64,000 nucleotides of DNA. It comes from Macrostomum lignano (Eukaryota). The notes beneath the pieces are model-generated. The model was not told the origin of the DNA. It saw only the letters and a list, made by a program, of their open reading frames with translations, and did no database searches. The stretch's first letter is position 1. Each line of letters begins with the position of its first letter. Location of the stretch: NCBI GenBank assembly GCA_002269645.1, contig NIVC01001222.1, positions 46,846 through 110,845 of the forward strand, written 5' to 3'. Positions 45,736 to 57,830 of this stretch are shown here, in pieces. The position numbers were made by a program, and so were the translations under genes.

Positions 45736-47041
45736 TTAGATTAACAGAATTTTGTCATCAATGAGAAGCTGCTCAACCGGAGCGAACTGCATCAGGTGCT
45801 GCTCACCCGGCCGGAGCTCCACTTCGGCGGCTTCGGCTGCGGGTTTCACCGAAGCCACCGCAGTCGTGGCTGACGCCGACCCATCCGCGCCGTTGTCGTC
45901 CTGCGACGTCGTCGCCGCGGTCGTCGTCGGTCGGCGCACCCGGAAAAACACGAAAGCGTCCAGGTTTGGCCGCGGCGCCTCCAGCTCTGTTGGCCGATGG
46001 CGCAGGAATTGCGGCACCTTGTTCAGCACCAGACTGTCGAAGTGCCGGTGCATTGAGGTCACGTAAGTCTTGGCAAAGTCCGCCTCCGGCTTGCTGAGTC
46101 GGCCGGCCCAGCGGCCGCCGTTTGGGCCGACCGTCATGGACTCCGCATAGGACTGGATCTTGGCCAGCCGCGTGCGCAGCAGGTCGGTGGTCACGTACCT
46201 GGGGAAATGGGGATAGGGCAAGGACTACTAAAGTAGATGGACTGGAAACTACGTTAATTACCAAATTAAATAAATACACTCAAGAATGATAAAGCTGAGC
46301 ATAGGGTCTGCCTCCTGATTCTTGCAAGAGCAAGAAAACCCCATAAAACCCGCCCATTTTAAACTTTCTAAGAAACGTATTTTATTGTCCTTCTACTTGA
46401 GCAGTTCTTGAGTCAGGCATATACTCAGCAACATTGAAAAGTGGCCACTCTATTGCGCCAGTGAGCAATTTCTTTTGGGCTATTCTGAAATAAAAGATAC
46501 AAAAAAACTAATCGGGGTAGCTTTAATCCGTCCCACCCTCGCTAAGATTGACAGACTTTACCTGCACTCTCAAAAGTGGCGACCACAGACGGAACCTTCT
46601 GTGATGGCGAATTTTCGATTTTGCTGAGTACATGTTACTCAGAGCTGGAGAGACAATGCTTAAACAGGAGAATCTCACTCACCTGATCCTGCTCAACTCC
46701 AGCCTGTGCAGGTAGCCAGCCAGATCCTTAGTGGGCCGGCCGCCTGGCAACCGAACCTGCCGGTCCATGCCCTCCAGCTGATCCCGCACGCAGTCGACCA
46801 GATCGTCGCGCTGCGGCAGCAGGTCCGGGCAGAGTTTCTCATTGCACCAGGCAGTCAGCAGTTCATCGATGAGCTCGGCAGGTGTCACAGTCAGATCGTT
46901 GGCGCCGCCGGGATCGTCCGAGGCCAGAGAGTCGACTTCGTCTGTTCTGGCCGAAATCTCGTCTGGCCAGTCATCCACAGCTGCCCCTGCCGCACTTGCT
47001 GGCGCTGGCGGCGGCGGCGGCTCAGAATCTTCTGCCGACAT
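45736..47041 (-). CDS. GINS4: GINS complex subunit Sld5 (~273 aa)
   Basis: Exons 47041-46683 (AG|gtgagt) and 46198-45736 (cccag|G). AWCNEKLCPDLLP, LHRLELSRIRYV..LRTRLAKIQ, PNLDAFVFFRV, LRPGEQHLMQFAPVEQLLIDDKILLI. Confidence 0.93.
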
Positions 47042-47094
47042 GTCGGTCTGGGCGACCTGCAGGCTGCTGCGGGCATTGGATTAAGTCTGTCCTT

Positions 47095-47600
47095 AACTGA
47101 AGGGGAACCTGAAGGATTACTGAAGAGGAACCTGAAGGATTACTGCAGGGGAACCTGAAGGATTACTGAAGGAGAACCTGAAGGATTACTGAAGGAGAAC
47201 CTGAAGGATTACTGAAGGAGAACCTGAAGGATTACTGAAGGGGAACCTGAAAGATTAACAGTCCTTACTGAAGAGGAACCTGAAGGATTAACAGTCCTTA
47301 CTGAAGAGGAACCTGAAGGATTAACAGTCCTTATTGAAGAGGAACCTGAGGGATCAACAGTACCTACTGAAGAGGAACCTGAAGGATTACTGAAGAGGAA
47401 CCTGAAGGATTACTGAAGAGGAACCTAAAGGATTACTGAAGAGGAACCTGAAGGATTACTGAAGAGGAACCTGAAGGATTACTGAAGAGGAACCTGAAGG
47501 ATTACTGAAGAGGAACCTGAAGGATTACTGAAGAGGAACCTGAAGGATTACTGAAGAGGAACCTCAGGGATCAAACAGTCCCTACTGAAGAGGAACAAAA
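47095..47600. repeat. 23-bp minisatellite (gaaggattactgaagaggaacct) just 5' of GINS4
   Basis: Tandem units read directly. Confidence 0.92.
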
Positions 47601-48284
47601 GGGATCAACAAATCCAACAGTCCCAGGTATTCTAGGACACCCAGTGCTTTAACTCTGAAGTAAATAAGACAGCCAAGCGTTTAATATGATATAGAGGCAA
47701 AAAGTTACTGACCTTATATTTGCAACTCTACAATATAAGTATGCACTTTAAAAGGACAGATGCTGAGCCAGCCAACTCTGGTGAGTCACAGGGGACAACA
47801 AGAGAACAGGGCGGTTCTGTGTGACAAAAGCATGCCACTAATGACAAGATGGCGCAAAAAATTACTGCAATAGCGACAGACTGAAAATTAATTTTATTTA
47901 ATTAATTCATATTTGCACCTTTTACCTTGAAACTAATATTGAATATAAAGTATTGCAAGATTATTTACATAATACAAGCCCTGGTCAGTTATGTAATATA
48001 GAAGTTATTATTTATGTAATATTCTATGGACAATTATAAAGCATAATATTTAATAACGAATACTTATTTATTATATTATAGAAACGTTACTTTTATGACA
48101 AAATAATAACAAAGTTACAGACACTGAACAAAAAACAGTGAATTAATTGTTGTAATTTTGAAAAAAACGAACTTTCTAAGAATCTGACATCTGGGAAGTA
48201 AAATTTGAATCATTCATCAATGGCAAAGTTTAGCGCGTAATTTGAAAACTGGCATCGATCTTCTTAATTAGAAAATGGCACCTT

Positions 48285-49010
48285 CTAGATTCAGAAAATG
48301 GCATCTTCTATATTTAGAGAATGGCATCTTCCAGATTAAGAGAATGGCATCTTCCAGATTTAGAGAATGGCATCTTCCAGATTTAGAGAATGGCACCTTC
48401 CAGATTTAGAGAATGGCACCTTTCATATTTAGAAAATGGCACCTTTCAGATTTAGAGAATGGCACCTTTCAGATTTAGAGAATGGCATCTTCCAGATTTA
48501 GAGAATGGCACCTTCCAGATTTAGAGAATGGCACCTTTCAGATTTAGAAAATGGCACCTTTCAGATTTAGAGAATGGCACCTTTCAGATTTAGAGAATGG
48601 CATCTTCTAGATTTAGAGAATGGCATCTTCCAGATTTAGAGAATGGCACCTTCCAGATTTAGAGAATGGCATCTTCCAGATTTAGAGAATGGCATCTTCC
48701 AGATTTAGAGAATGGCACCTTCCAGATTTAGAGAATGGCATCTTCTAGATTTAGAGAATGGCATCTTCCAGATTTAGAGAATGACATCTTCCAGATTTAG
48801 AGAATGGCATCTTCCAGATTTAGAGAATGGCATCTTCCAGATTTAGAGAATGGCACCTTCTACATTAGAAAATGGCATCTTCTAGAAGATTTAGAAAATG
48901 GCAACTTCTAGATTCAGAATTCTGAAAATGGCAACTTCTAGATTCAGAATTCTGAAAATGGCAACTTCTAGATTCAGAATTCTGAAAATGGCATCTTCTA
49001 GATTAGAAGA
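48285..49010. repeat. 23-bp minisatellite (gagaatggcatcttccagattta) 3' of LRRC58
   Basis: Tandem units read directly. Confidence 0.92.
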
Positions 49011-49140
49011 TGGAATTCTATAGAGAATTAGAAAATCGCCACCCAGTAAGTTAAATGACAAACTGAACTTCAATATTAAATCGAAACAGACCCCCCCTGT
49101 CAATCGGTCTCCGACAGACTCAAAAAAGACCATATCGAGT

Positions 49141-51324
49141 TCAACCGAGCAGCACCCGCCGAACCCGAGCCACGTCATCTCCAGACGCCTCCTCGCTAGC
49201 CGAATCGTCGCTGGAGTTGCTGGCGGAGCTGCCGCTGCTGCTGAAGTGACAGTCTGGCGAGCAGATGAACCGCAGAAACGGCACCCGATATTTGCCGCAG
49301 AAATCCACAAATCGAACGGTCTCAACGCAGCTGGAGAAGTACACGCCTTTGCAGTTCGGGTTCAGGCACTCCCTGGCGCTGTCCAGGTAATCGCAGAGGT
49401 TGCCGGGCAGGCATCTGCGGCAGTAGTGCAGCTGGGCGGACCGGACACAGCGGCCGGACAGCTCGGACAGGCTGGGCACTGACCAGTTTGAGCCGAACTC
49501 TCTGGCGAACTTGGTTACTAAGGGATTATTGCGCAGAGACAGGGTGCTCAGACGGGGCAGGCTGACGATCTCGTGTGGCAGAGCGGTGAGTCGGTTGCAG
49601 TGCAAGGAGAGCGACTCCAGGGCTGACAGCTGGCCGAGGGAGGACGGCAGCTGGCACAGCTGGTTGTCGCACAGGGCCAGGCAGGTGAGGCGAGCGAGCT
49701 GGCCCAGCTCCTGCGGAGATTGGGGTTGAGCACAGGATGAGCTTGCGTGGGTGGCTTCATCTGGGAGGCTGGCCCAGCAACTGAGAATCTGGGAGGCTGG
49801 ATGGCCCAGCAACTGAGGATCTGGGAGGCTAGCCCAGCAACTGAGGATTTGGGAGGCTGGTGGCCCAGCAACTGAGGATCTGGGAGGCTGGCCCAGCAAC
49901 TGAGGATCTGGAAGGCTGGCCCAGCAACTGAGGATCTGGGAGGCTGGCCCAGCAACTGAGGATCTGGGAGGCTGGCCCAGCAACTGAGGATTGGGAGGCT
50001 GGATGGCCCAGCAACTGAGGATCTGGGAGGCTGGCAGAGCAACTGAGGATCTGGAAGGCTGGCCCAGCAACTGAGGATCTGGGAGGCTGACTCAGCAACT
50101 GAGGATCTGGGAGGCTGGCCCAGCAACTGAGGATCTGAGAGGCTGGCCCAGCAACTGAGGATCTGGGAGGCTGGTGGCCCAGCAACTGAGGATCTGGGAG
50201 GCTGGTGGCCCAGCAACTGAGGATCTGGGAGGCTGGCCCAGCAACTTAGAATCTGGAAGGCTGGCCCAGCAACTGAGGATTTGGGAGGCTGTGGCCCAGC
50301 AACTGAGGATCTGGGAGGCTGGTGGCCCAGCAACTGAGGATCTGGGAGGCTGGCCCAGCAACTTAGAATCTGGGAGGCTGGCCCAGCAACTGAGGATTTG
50401 GGAGGCTGTGGCCCAGCAACTGAGGATCTGGGAGGCTGGTGGCCCAGCAACTGAGGATCTGGGAGGCTGGCCCAGCAACTTAGAATCTGGGAGGCTGGCC
50501 CAGCAACTGAGGATTTGGGAGGCTGTGGCCCAGCAACTTAGGATTTGGGAGGCTGGCAGAACAACTGAGGATTTGGGAGGCTGGATGGCCCAGCAACTGA
50601 GGATCTGTAACAGGTCACTGGATCATATACCAGTAGTGATATTTTAAGCACAGTTTAAGTAAGGCTTTAAGGAACGGTATAAATCATTGAATTAGAAGTT
50701 GCAGTCCTGCTAAAGTCACAACAAGGGGTTGGGTGGAGGCAAGTGGCAGACACAGGTGCAAAGTACAAAGTTGCCAAGTTATAGGTTAATTCTGGCTATG
50801 GTGCCAATTATTGCACATGTCTACAGCAGTGAACGAACAAAGCTAAGGCAATTTACCTGCGGCACACATTTCAGCTGATTTCCGCCCAGATACAGGTAAG
50901 TTAGGCTGCCAGCCAGCTTGACAATGTGCTGCGGAATGTAGCACAGCCTGTTGGCTCCCAATGACAGCATTTGCAGAGCCGGCAGCGAGCTGATCTGCTG
51001 CGGCAGGCTCTTCAACGAATTGCCATTCAAATTGAGCTCTCGCAGTTCAATGAGGTGGCTAAACTCGCTAGGCAAATCGCTAATTAGATTGTTCTTAGCA
51101 ACTAGAACTCGAAGATTAACGCAACGACAAATACTAGCTGGCAGTTCCGAGAGCCGGTTGTGGCTCAGCTCAAGGGTGGTGAGAGCGGTGGCTCTGCCAA
51201 GCCAAGATGGACAGCTCAGCAGTCGGTTATGATCGGCTAGCAGCACCCCGATGTCTTCGGGCTGGGTCACCTCCTCTGGCAGCTCGTCAAGATTCCTGTA
51301 GCTCCAGTTCACCTCCCGAGACAT
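49141..51324 (-). CDS. LRRC58: Leucine-rich repeat protein 58 (~345 aa)
   Basis: Exons 51324-50857 (CAG|gtaaat) and 49710-49141 (ccgcag|GAG), phase 0. LRR array plus the diagnostic tail LPGNLCDYLDSARECLNPNCKGVYF..FVDFCGKYRVP..ICSPDC and terminal RRVLLG. Confidence 0.93.
49750..50605. repeat. 28/31-bp minisatellite (ggaggctggcccagcaactgaggatctg) in the LRRC58 intron
   Basis: Tandem units read directly. Confidence 0.93.
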
Positions 51325-51959
51325 GGTGACGCTTTGAACAGCCGTCTTTCGTTAACCAGACTCTGCCTCACTCTCTCCCTGCCTCTGTTTTCAATTAGTA
51401 AAGCAAGTGGCTCATGAATTTCGTTTCAAACAATTTCTGTTATAGCGAGTGAAGTTTTAAAGACACGAGGTCTACGCGTGACCGTTAAGTCAAGAACCAA
51501 TTGGAATAAGTTTGATACGAAATTTTCTCTTTCCTGGAGTGCACAGGTTTTCTGTCCGCTTCTAAAAATAGATATTTTGGGCCAAAACGCTAAGCAAACG
51601 TTTGCTTTCGTCTACTTCGGGAGCCACTTCTCTTTCTCTCTCTCTCTCTCCCTCTCCCGTTATCTATAACTAGTCTAGAAACCCTAGAGACTCGCTATAG
51701 TTCAATTCTGACCACACAGGCAAGCACACCCCCGCCCCGCCCTCCTCTAGCAGCACGCGCAGCAAGCGTGAGAGGGCGAACCCTACCCTGGATATTTACT
51801 TCATACCTTAGCAAAATACAGCAAATAAGCAAAGATTGTTATAATACGAGCTATTTTTTTAAGATTTTACTGACGAAAAAAGAGTTTTATTGGCAATGGA
51901 CTTATTTCAAAGATAATAAGCAATTTTTTAAAACTAAACTTCGATTTAAAGTTCAATTG

Positions 51960-53200
51960 GCAAACCAAGAGACATGGTGCCGAACAAGATACAGGGGTGC
52001 CAACCAAGAGACATGGTGCCGAACAAGATACAGGGGTGCCAACCAAGAGACAGGGGTGCCAACCAAGATACAGGGGTGTCAACCAAGATACAGGGGTGCC
52101 AACCAAGAGACAGGGGCGCCAACCAAGAGACAGGGGCGCCCACCAAGAGACAGGGGTGCCCACCAAGAGACAGGGGCGCCCACCAAGAGACAGGGGTGCC
52201 CACCAAGAGACAGGGGTGCCCACCAAGAGACAGGGGCATCTAACCAAGAGACAGGGGCATCTAACCAAGAGACAGGGGCGCCCACCAAGAGACAGGGGCG
52301 CCCACCAAGAGACAGGGGTGCCAACCAAGAGACAGGGGAACCAACCAAGAGACAGGGGCATCTAACCAAGAGACAGGGGCATCTAACCAAGAGACAGGGG
52401 CATCTAACCAAGAGACAGGGGCATCTAACCAAGAGACATGGGCATCTAACCAAGAGACAGGGGAACCAACCAAGAGACAGGGGAACCAACCAAGAGACAG
52501 GGGAACCAACCAAGAGACAGGGGCATCTAACCAAGAGACAGGGGCATCTAACCAAGAGACATGGGCATCTAACCAAGAGACAGGGGAACCAACCAAGAGA
52601 CAGGGGAACCAACCAAGAGACAGGGGAACCAACCAAGAGACAGGGGCATCTAACCAAGAGACATGGGCATCTAACCAAGAGACAGGGGAACCAACCAAGA
52701 GACAGGGGCATCTAACCAAGAGACATGGGCATCTAACCAAGAGACAGGGGAACCAACCAAGAGACAGGGGAACCAACCAAGAGACAGGGGAACCAACCAA
52801 GAGACAGGGGCATCTAACCAAGAGACAGGGGCATCTAACCAAGAGACCGGGGCATCTAACCAAGAGACAGGGGTGCCAACCAAGAGACAGGGGAACCAAC
52901 CAAGAGACAGGGGCATCTAACCAAGAGACAGGGGCATCTAACCAAGAGACAGGGGCATCTAACCAAGAGACAGGGGCATCTAACCAAGAGACATGGGCAT
53001 CTAACCAAGAGACAGGGGCATCTAACCAAGAGACAGGGGCATCTAACCAAGAGACAGGGGCATCTAACCAAGAGACCGGGGCATCTAACCAAGAGACAGG
53101 GGCAGCTAACCAAGAGACAGGGGCATCCAACCAAGAGACAGAGCATCTAACCAAGAGACAGGGGCATCCAACCAAGAGACAGGGGCAGCTAACCAAGAGA
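51960..53200. repeat. 20/21-bp minisatellite (aaccaagagacaggggcatct and variants)
   Basis: Tandem units read directly. Confidence 0.95.
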
Positions 53201-56014
53201 CCAAACTTCTCAGTCCTTAATTCCCTAATTCCTTCTCTTCATTTAAATTGTGAGCCACAACACCAATACTCAATTCTTGATTTGTCCCAAATCTTTACCT
53301 TATATCAAAGTGACTATTCAGTATTCAGATTGTCAACTTTCCAATTCCAATTCAAACCAAAAATTGGATCAATTTGATTTGATCCAAATATTTATCCTAT
53401 TTCTATGCATGCATATGCTGGGACATGACTCCAAAACAAAAGTATCTTATATAGTTGTACAAATATTCTATTTCTAGAAGCTGATTGTCTTGAAACCTGA
53501 TAGGCCCTGTAAGATAGGATGCAAAGTGCATGCACAGGCGACAGGATATATAATAGCTTAGAAATCTATTATAGCCAAAATTCAGAATGCATGTTATGAA
53601 AAATTAAAAGCCATTTATAAAGCTGTATGATACATATACTTTTAATTGTCAATTGATATTTTCAATTAGATGAATCTTTGCTTTATCCTACCTAGCTAGA
53701 AAATAGACTAGCCTATTTAGTGCTTTTATATTAATAAAGAATTAGATTATTATACTATTATATTATGCTAATATTATAAACATAATAATAAATGATAAAA
53801 GCTAATTAAAACAAGTCTAGTCTAGGCTAGCTAAATGAATTTTAGAGCCAAAGAAAAAAATCTATTTATAAACATTAATTAAGAGTACATAATACAATAT
53901 ATATATGCATAACCTCCAAAATTTGGTTGGCTATGCAACTTAGTTTTAACAAAAAATGGAACATAGTTTTTGGCCAAAAATGCAATTTACCTGTAAAAGA
54001 AACTAAAGCCAAATTAGGGCAATTTTGGGTAAACAGCAGGAGTAACTATTACTTTCCTATTAAAGCTAAATGCCTCATCATCTAATTAGTACTATGTCTG
54101 TATTCCTTCTAGTGGGCATTTTTTGCAACTTAAAAACCTTGGTTGGCCACCAAATTGGTCAGCCAGATTGGCCAACTTAGCCGACTGTTGCGCATGTATG
54201 ATACAATAGTAGGGACTTTAGTAAGGCTCCCGTGACTTGCTAATAATTATATAAAAGGCAACTTTTATTTTAAGAATCAGCTATTTTGTCTTAGGAAAAA
54301 ATGTTAATAAAATCATCTTCTAGATTTTATTGGGAAGATAAAATGTCATCTTTTCCATAGAAATGGCTCCTAAAATATGATACCTACAAAAATAGGTGCT
54401 GTTATATTTTATTAATGGTAAGTTTTGGCAAAAATCATTGCAAGAATTCAAGGTCAATACAATAAACATTTTACAATCTAAATCTAAATCTTATCTTCTA
54501 AATATACTAAATCTCTAAGGTTTGTATGCTTGTCCATAGCACTTTAAAGCTTGCAATTCTTGACTGATTTTAATTGCATTTTTGCCAAAAGATTTGCAAT
54601 TATCTGGAAGGAAGACAGTTGAAATCTGTTTAATCTGTTTTAATGCCAAGGGTATTAAATTAGAGAAAAACTTTATTTTCCCAATCTAAATAGGCCCTAG
54701 TGCATTTATTTGGGATTCAGAGTTGAAAATCTGACTGATCTATCTGGCTCTGCTCCAGGCAGCCTTTTTATATATCTTTATAAGCTAATTTGAGGGCTAG
54801 CTTCTGACATTGTCTTCTTACACTATTGATGCATCTGCATTTAGCCAAATAAGTGGTTGGCTAGTTGCCCTTTTAAATACTATTTTTAAAAACTTGGTCT
54901 CACCTAATTATAGACTATAGAAGTAATCCTATATATTGGTAAGAGAGAAAACTATGTTACTAAGCTTCCAGACTAGGCTGGGCTAGACTAGACATAAACT
55001 AGACTAGATTAGATTTTAAACCCAATTGGATTTGACTTGAAATTCTAATATGAAAAACCTTGCAGTAAAACCTGGCTATGGGAAAACCTCCTGTGGAAAA
55101 GCTTTTTATAGGAAATTCTAATAGACCATGTACGCATGTGTATATGTAGGCCTATGTATGATTGATTTAAGAAAAATTTAAAACTAATCTTATTTTAGAA
55201 ACTTAAAAGTAGAATCTTTTTACTTAGTAAGTAGGCAAATGAGATTCATCAAATTTAATAGAAAAAAAACTAAAAAATAACTTTTTGATCTTACTAGAGT
55301 TGATATGATAAAAACCAATTATTATAGTATAAATTTTCTGATTCAATAGTGCAAGTTTGAAGAAAATATTTTATACCTACCAACAAACTATTTTTAGGGC
55401 CTAAGGCCTAGTATATATATGAAAACTAAAGTTAGGCCTATAATAAACAAGATTTTGGACAGGCCTACTAGTCAGTAAAAAAATAATGATATAAATAGAA
55501 AATTTGGTACTAGAAAACATTGCTAGATAGGATAGTTTTGATCTATTAAAAGCCTACAAATAAATAATAAGCATTTTGGGTGTAAGACAAGGATGGCCAA
55601 ACACCAAGATGGCCACACACCAAGATGGCCACACACCAAGATGGCCATAGCTGGGGTGGGGGTCACGGAAAATGACAGCTGGTTTACTATTGGATAGCTT
55701 CAGGTGGGGAGATGTGGGGTTGCAATGGGGGGTTAGACAGGCAGTCAAAATTTTATTAGTATATTGCAGGGCTAAAGACAAAAATGGTTACGAGTCTTAA
55801 TTTCCTACTTATAGTAGGCCCCTAAGAGGTGTAAACATATTTTGCATTAAACAAATCTCTTCTTCATATAAAATCTGGTGTAGCTTTTTTCCATTTCTCT
55901 TATTGGTCGAGACTAATTTACTTGTTTAAAGGGATAAAAACTGGGTAAATTTCATGCCCTGTTCAAAATTATCTGTCTCATTCACTGACAGCAGTCTAAG
56001 CATTTAGATACAAA

Positions 56015-56761
56015 ATGGCAGGCGCATATCCATGTGTGGTCTGTCTGCAGCCAGTTTGCGATGGACAAGAAGCAATTGAGTATTCTCAATGCTTGAATTG
56101 GCAGCACTGTGCATGTGATAGTCGCGTCACAATCAATTAGTATTCTGCAATGAGAAATGTTGGTGAGTTTTTCTGGCTTTGCAATCAATGCAATAGACGG
56201 GCTCATGCAGGCAACATAGCAGTGTCTCAAGCTGCAGATGCTGCAGTGGTACATTTACAAGCCCCCAATTCTGGACCAGTGGCTGTTCCTCTGCCTGCTG
56301 AAAATCCAGAACCAGTGCATTTGATTCTGGCACAAGCAGAAATTTTTTTTAACCAGTATCTAGATTTCAATGACCCTGATCCAGCTCTGGAAGAATCCAT
56401 TCAAATTCCTCCAGCAGAGCTTGCACCGCCCTGCAGCCCACCTCCCCAGCCCTTTGACATTCTTACAGGTGCAGGATGCAGTCACAGAAAAGACCTTCCA
56501 GTGCAGTATGCCCAACGAGACCTTGGCCATCTGATGGATGAAAAAACGCAGCGAAATGGCAACACGTACTATCGCTGCACTAAGCGTTTATCACTGCACT
56601 GTCATGGCTCTGCAGTCCGCCATGCTGAAGGAACCATAGAAGCCCTTGCTTTGCACACGTGCAATCCAGTTGATTGGCCAGCTCAGAAGAGAAAGGCAGC
56701 AAAGGAGGTAAAGGAAGGAGCAAAGCGCATGTTGTTTCATGTCATCTATCCTTTGCTATAA
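56015..56761 (+). pseudogene. PHD finger + FLYWCH zinc finger relic, probably the N-terminus of a Mutator-like (MULE) transposase
   Basis: In frame from ATG 56015: YPCVVCLQPV..IEYSQCLNWQHCAC..N*YSAM..FWLCNQC (PHD, TAG at 56138-56140), then TYYRCTKRLSLHCHGS..LHTCNP (FLYWCH-like); no MULE catalytic domain follows. Confidence 0.7.
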
Positions 56762-57299
56762 TTTGCTATTTGCTTAAACTTTGTCATCTATCCATGCCAC
56801 CCGTACCTTATTGCCATTTCAGATCAAAACGAGTTAAAAAAGCCAAAAAATCTGCACTTACTTAGTTGCTGCACCCATTGCTATAATTTGCTTGAACTTT
56901 GTCATCAAGATAAAAGATGAGAAAAGATGGGAGAGAGGAGATAGGAAAGAAGAGAAGAGAAGAGAGAGAGATAGAGAAGAGAGAAAGGGGAAACAAAATA
57001 GAAGATAGAAGTTTCAAAGGATCTGAGGGACATAGAGAAAGACAGGAGACCAGAGATTTTGCCGATACATGTTTTCGAAAGACAAGTTTTTATTTGAGTA
57101 TGACTTCAGATTTTAGAACTAGATCTTCATGTTGTTCTCAATCCCATTCCACTATACATGTAGTTTTTATCTAATGTGACTAAGCCAGGTGCTTTTAGTG
57201 CAGGGGTTGGCAAACTTTTTACCTTGATTGAGAACCCAGCTCATGACTGCCCTTCTAGTCCACTTTGTTGGCCCCCAAAGCGAAGCAAGGAGTCCTGAT

Positions 57300-57830
57300 G
57301 ATAGCGGGCCAGAGGTGAGGAGAGAGGGTAAGGAATAGAGAAGAGAAATACAAGCATAGGATAAAGGAGAGGCAAAGGAATAAAGGAGAAGAGAGTTGAT
57401 GAGAGGAGAAATTAAATACGAGCGGAGAGAGAGGAGAAGGGAGATTAATGCAGAGGAGAAAGGAGGAAAGGGAGAAGAAAACGAAGGGGAAAAGGAAGAT
57501 GAGAGCAAAGAGGTGAGGAGAAAGGAGAGGATAGAGATGGGGAGAGAGGAGAGGAGAGAGGTGAGGAGAGGAGAGAGCAGAGGGCAGAGATGAGAGAGAG
57601 AAAAAATGAGAGGAGAGGGCAGACATAAGAGAGAAAAGATGAGAGAAGAGGGCAGACATGAGAGAGAATAGATGAAAGAGAGAGGGCAAGAGATGAGAGG
57701 AGAGAGAAAAGAGAGAAGAGGGCAGACATAAGAGAGAATAGATGAGAGAGGAGAGGGCAAGGGATAAGAGAGAGAGAAAAGATTAGAGACGAGAGTGCAG
57801 AGATGAGAGAAAAGATAAGAGACAAAAGGG
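57300..57830. repeat. GA-rich low-complexity tract
   Basis: Purine-rich (gagag/gagaa) degenerate repeats. Confidence 0.85.

Noticed and set aside
49548-53196. Multiple long ORFs in the 28-bp and 21-bp arrays
   Set aside because: Pure repeat translations; the real LRRC58 exons explain the unique sequence.
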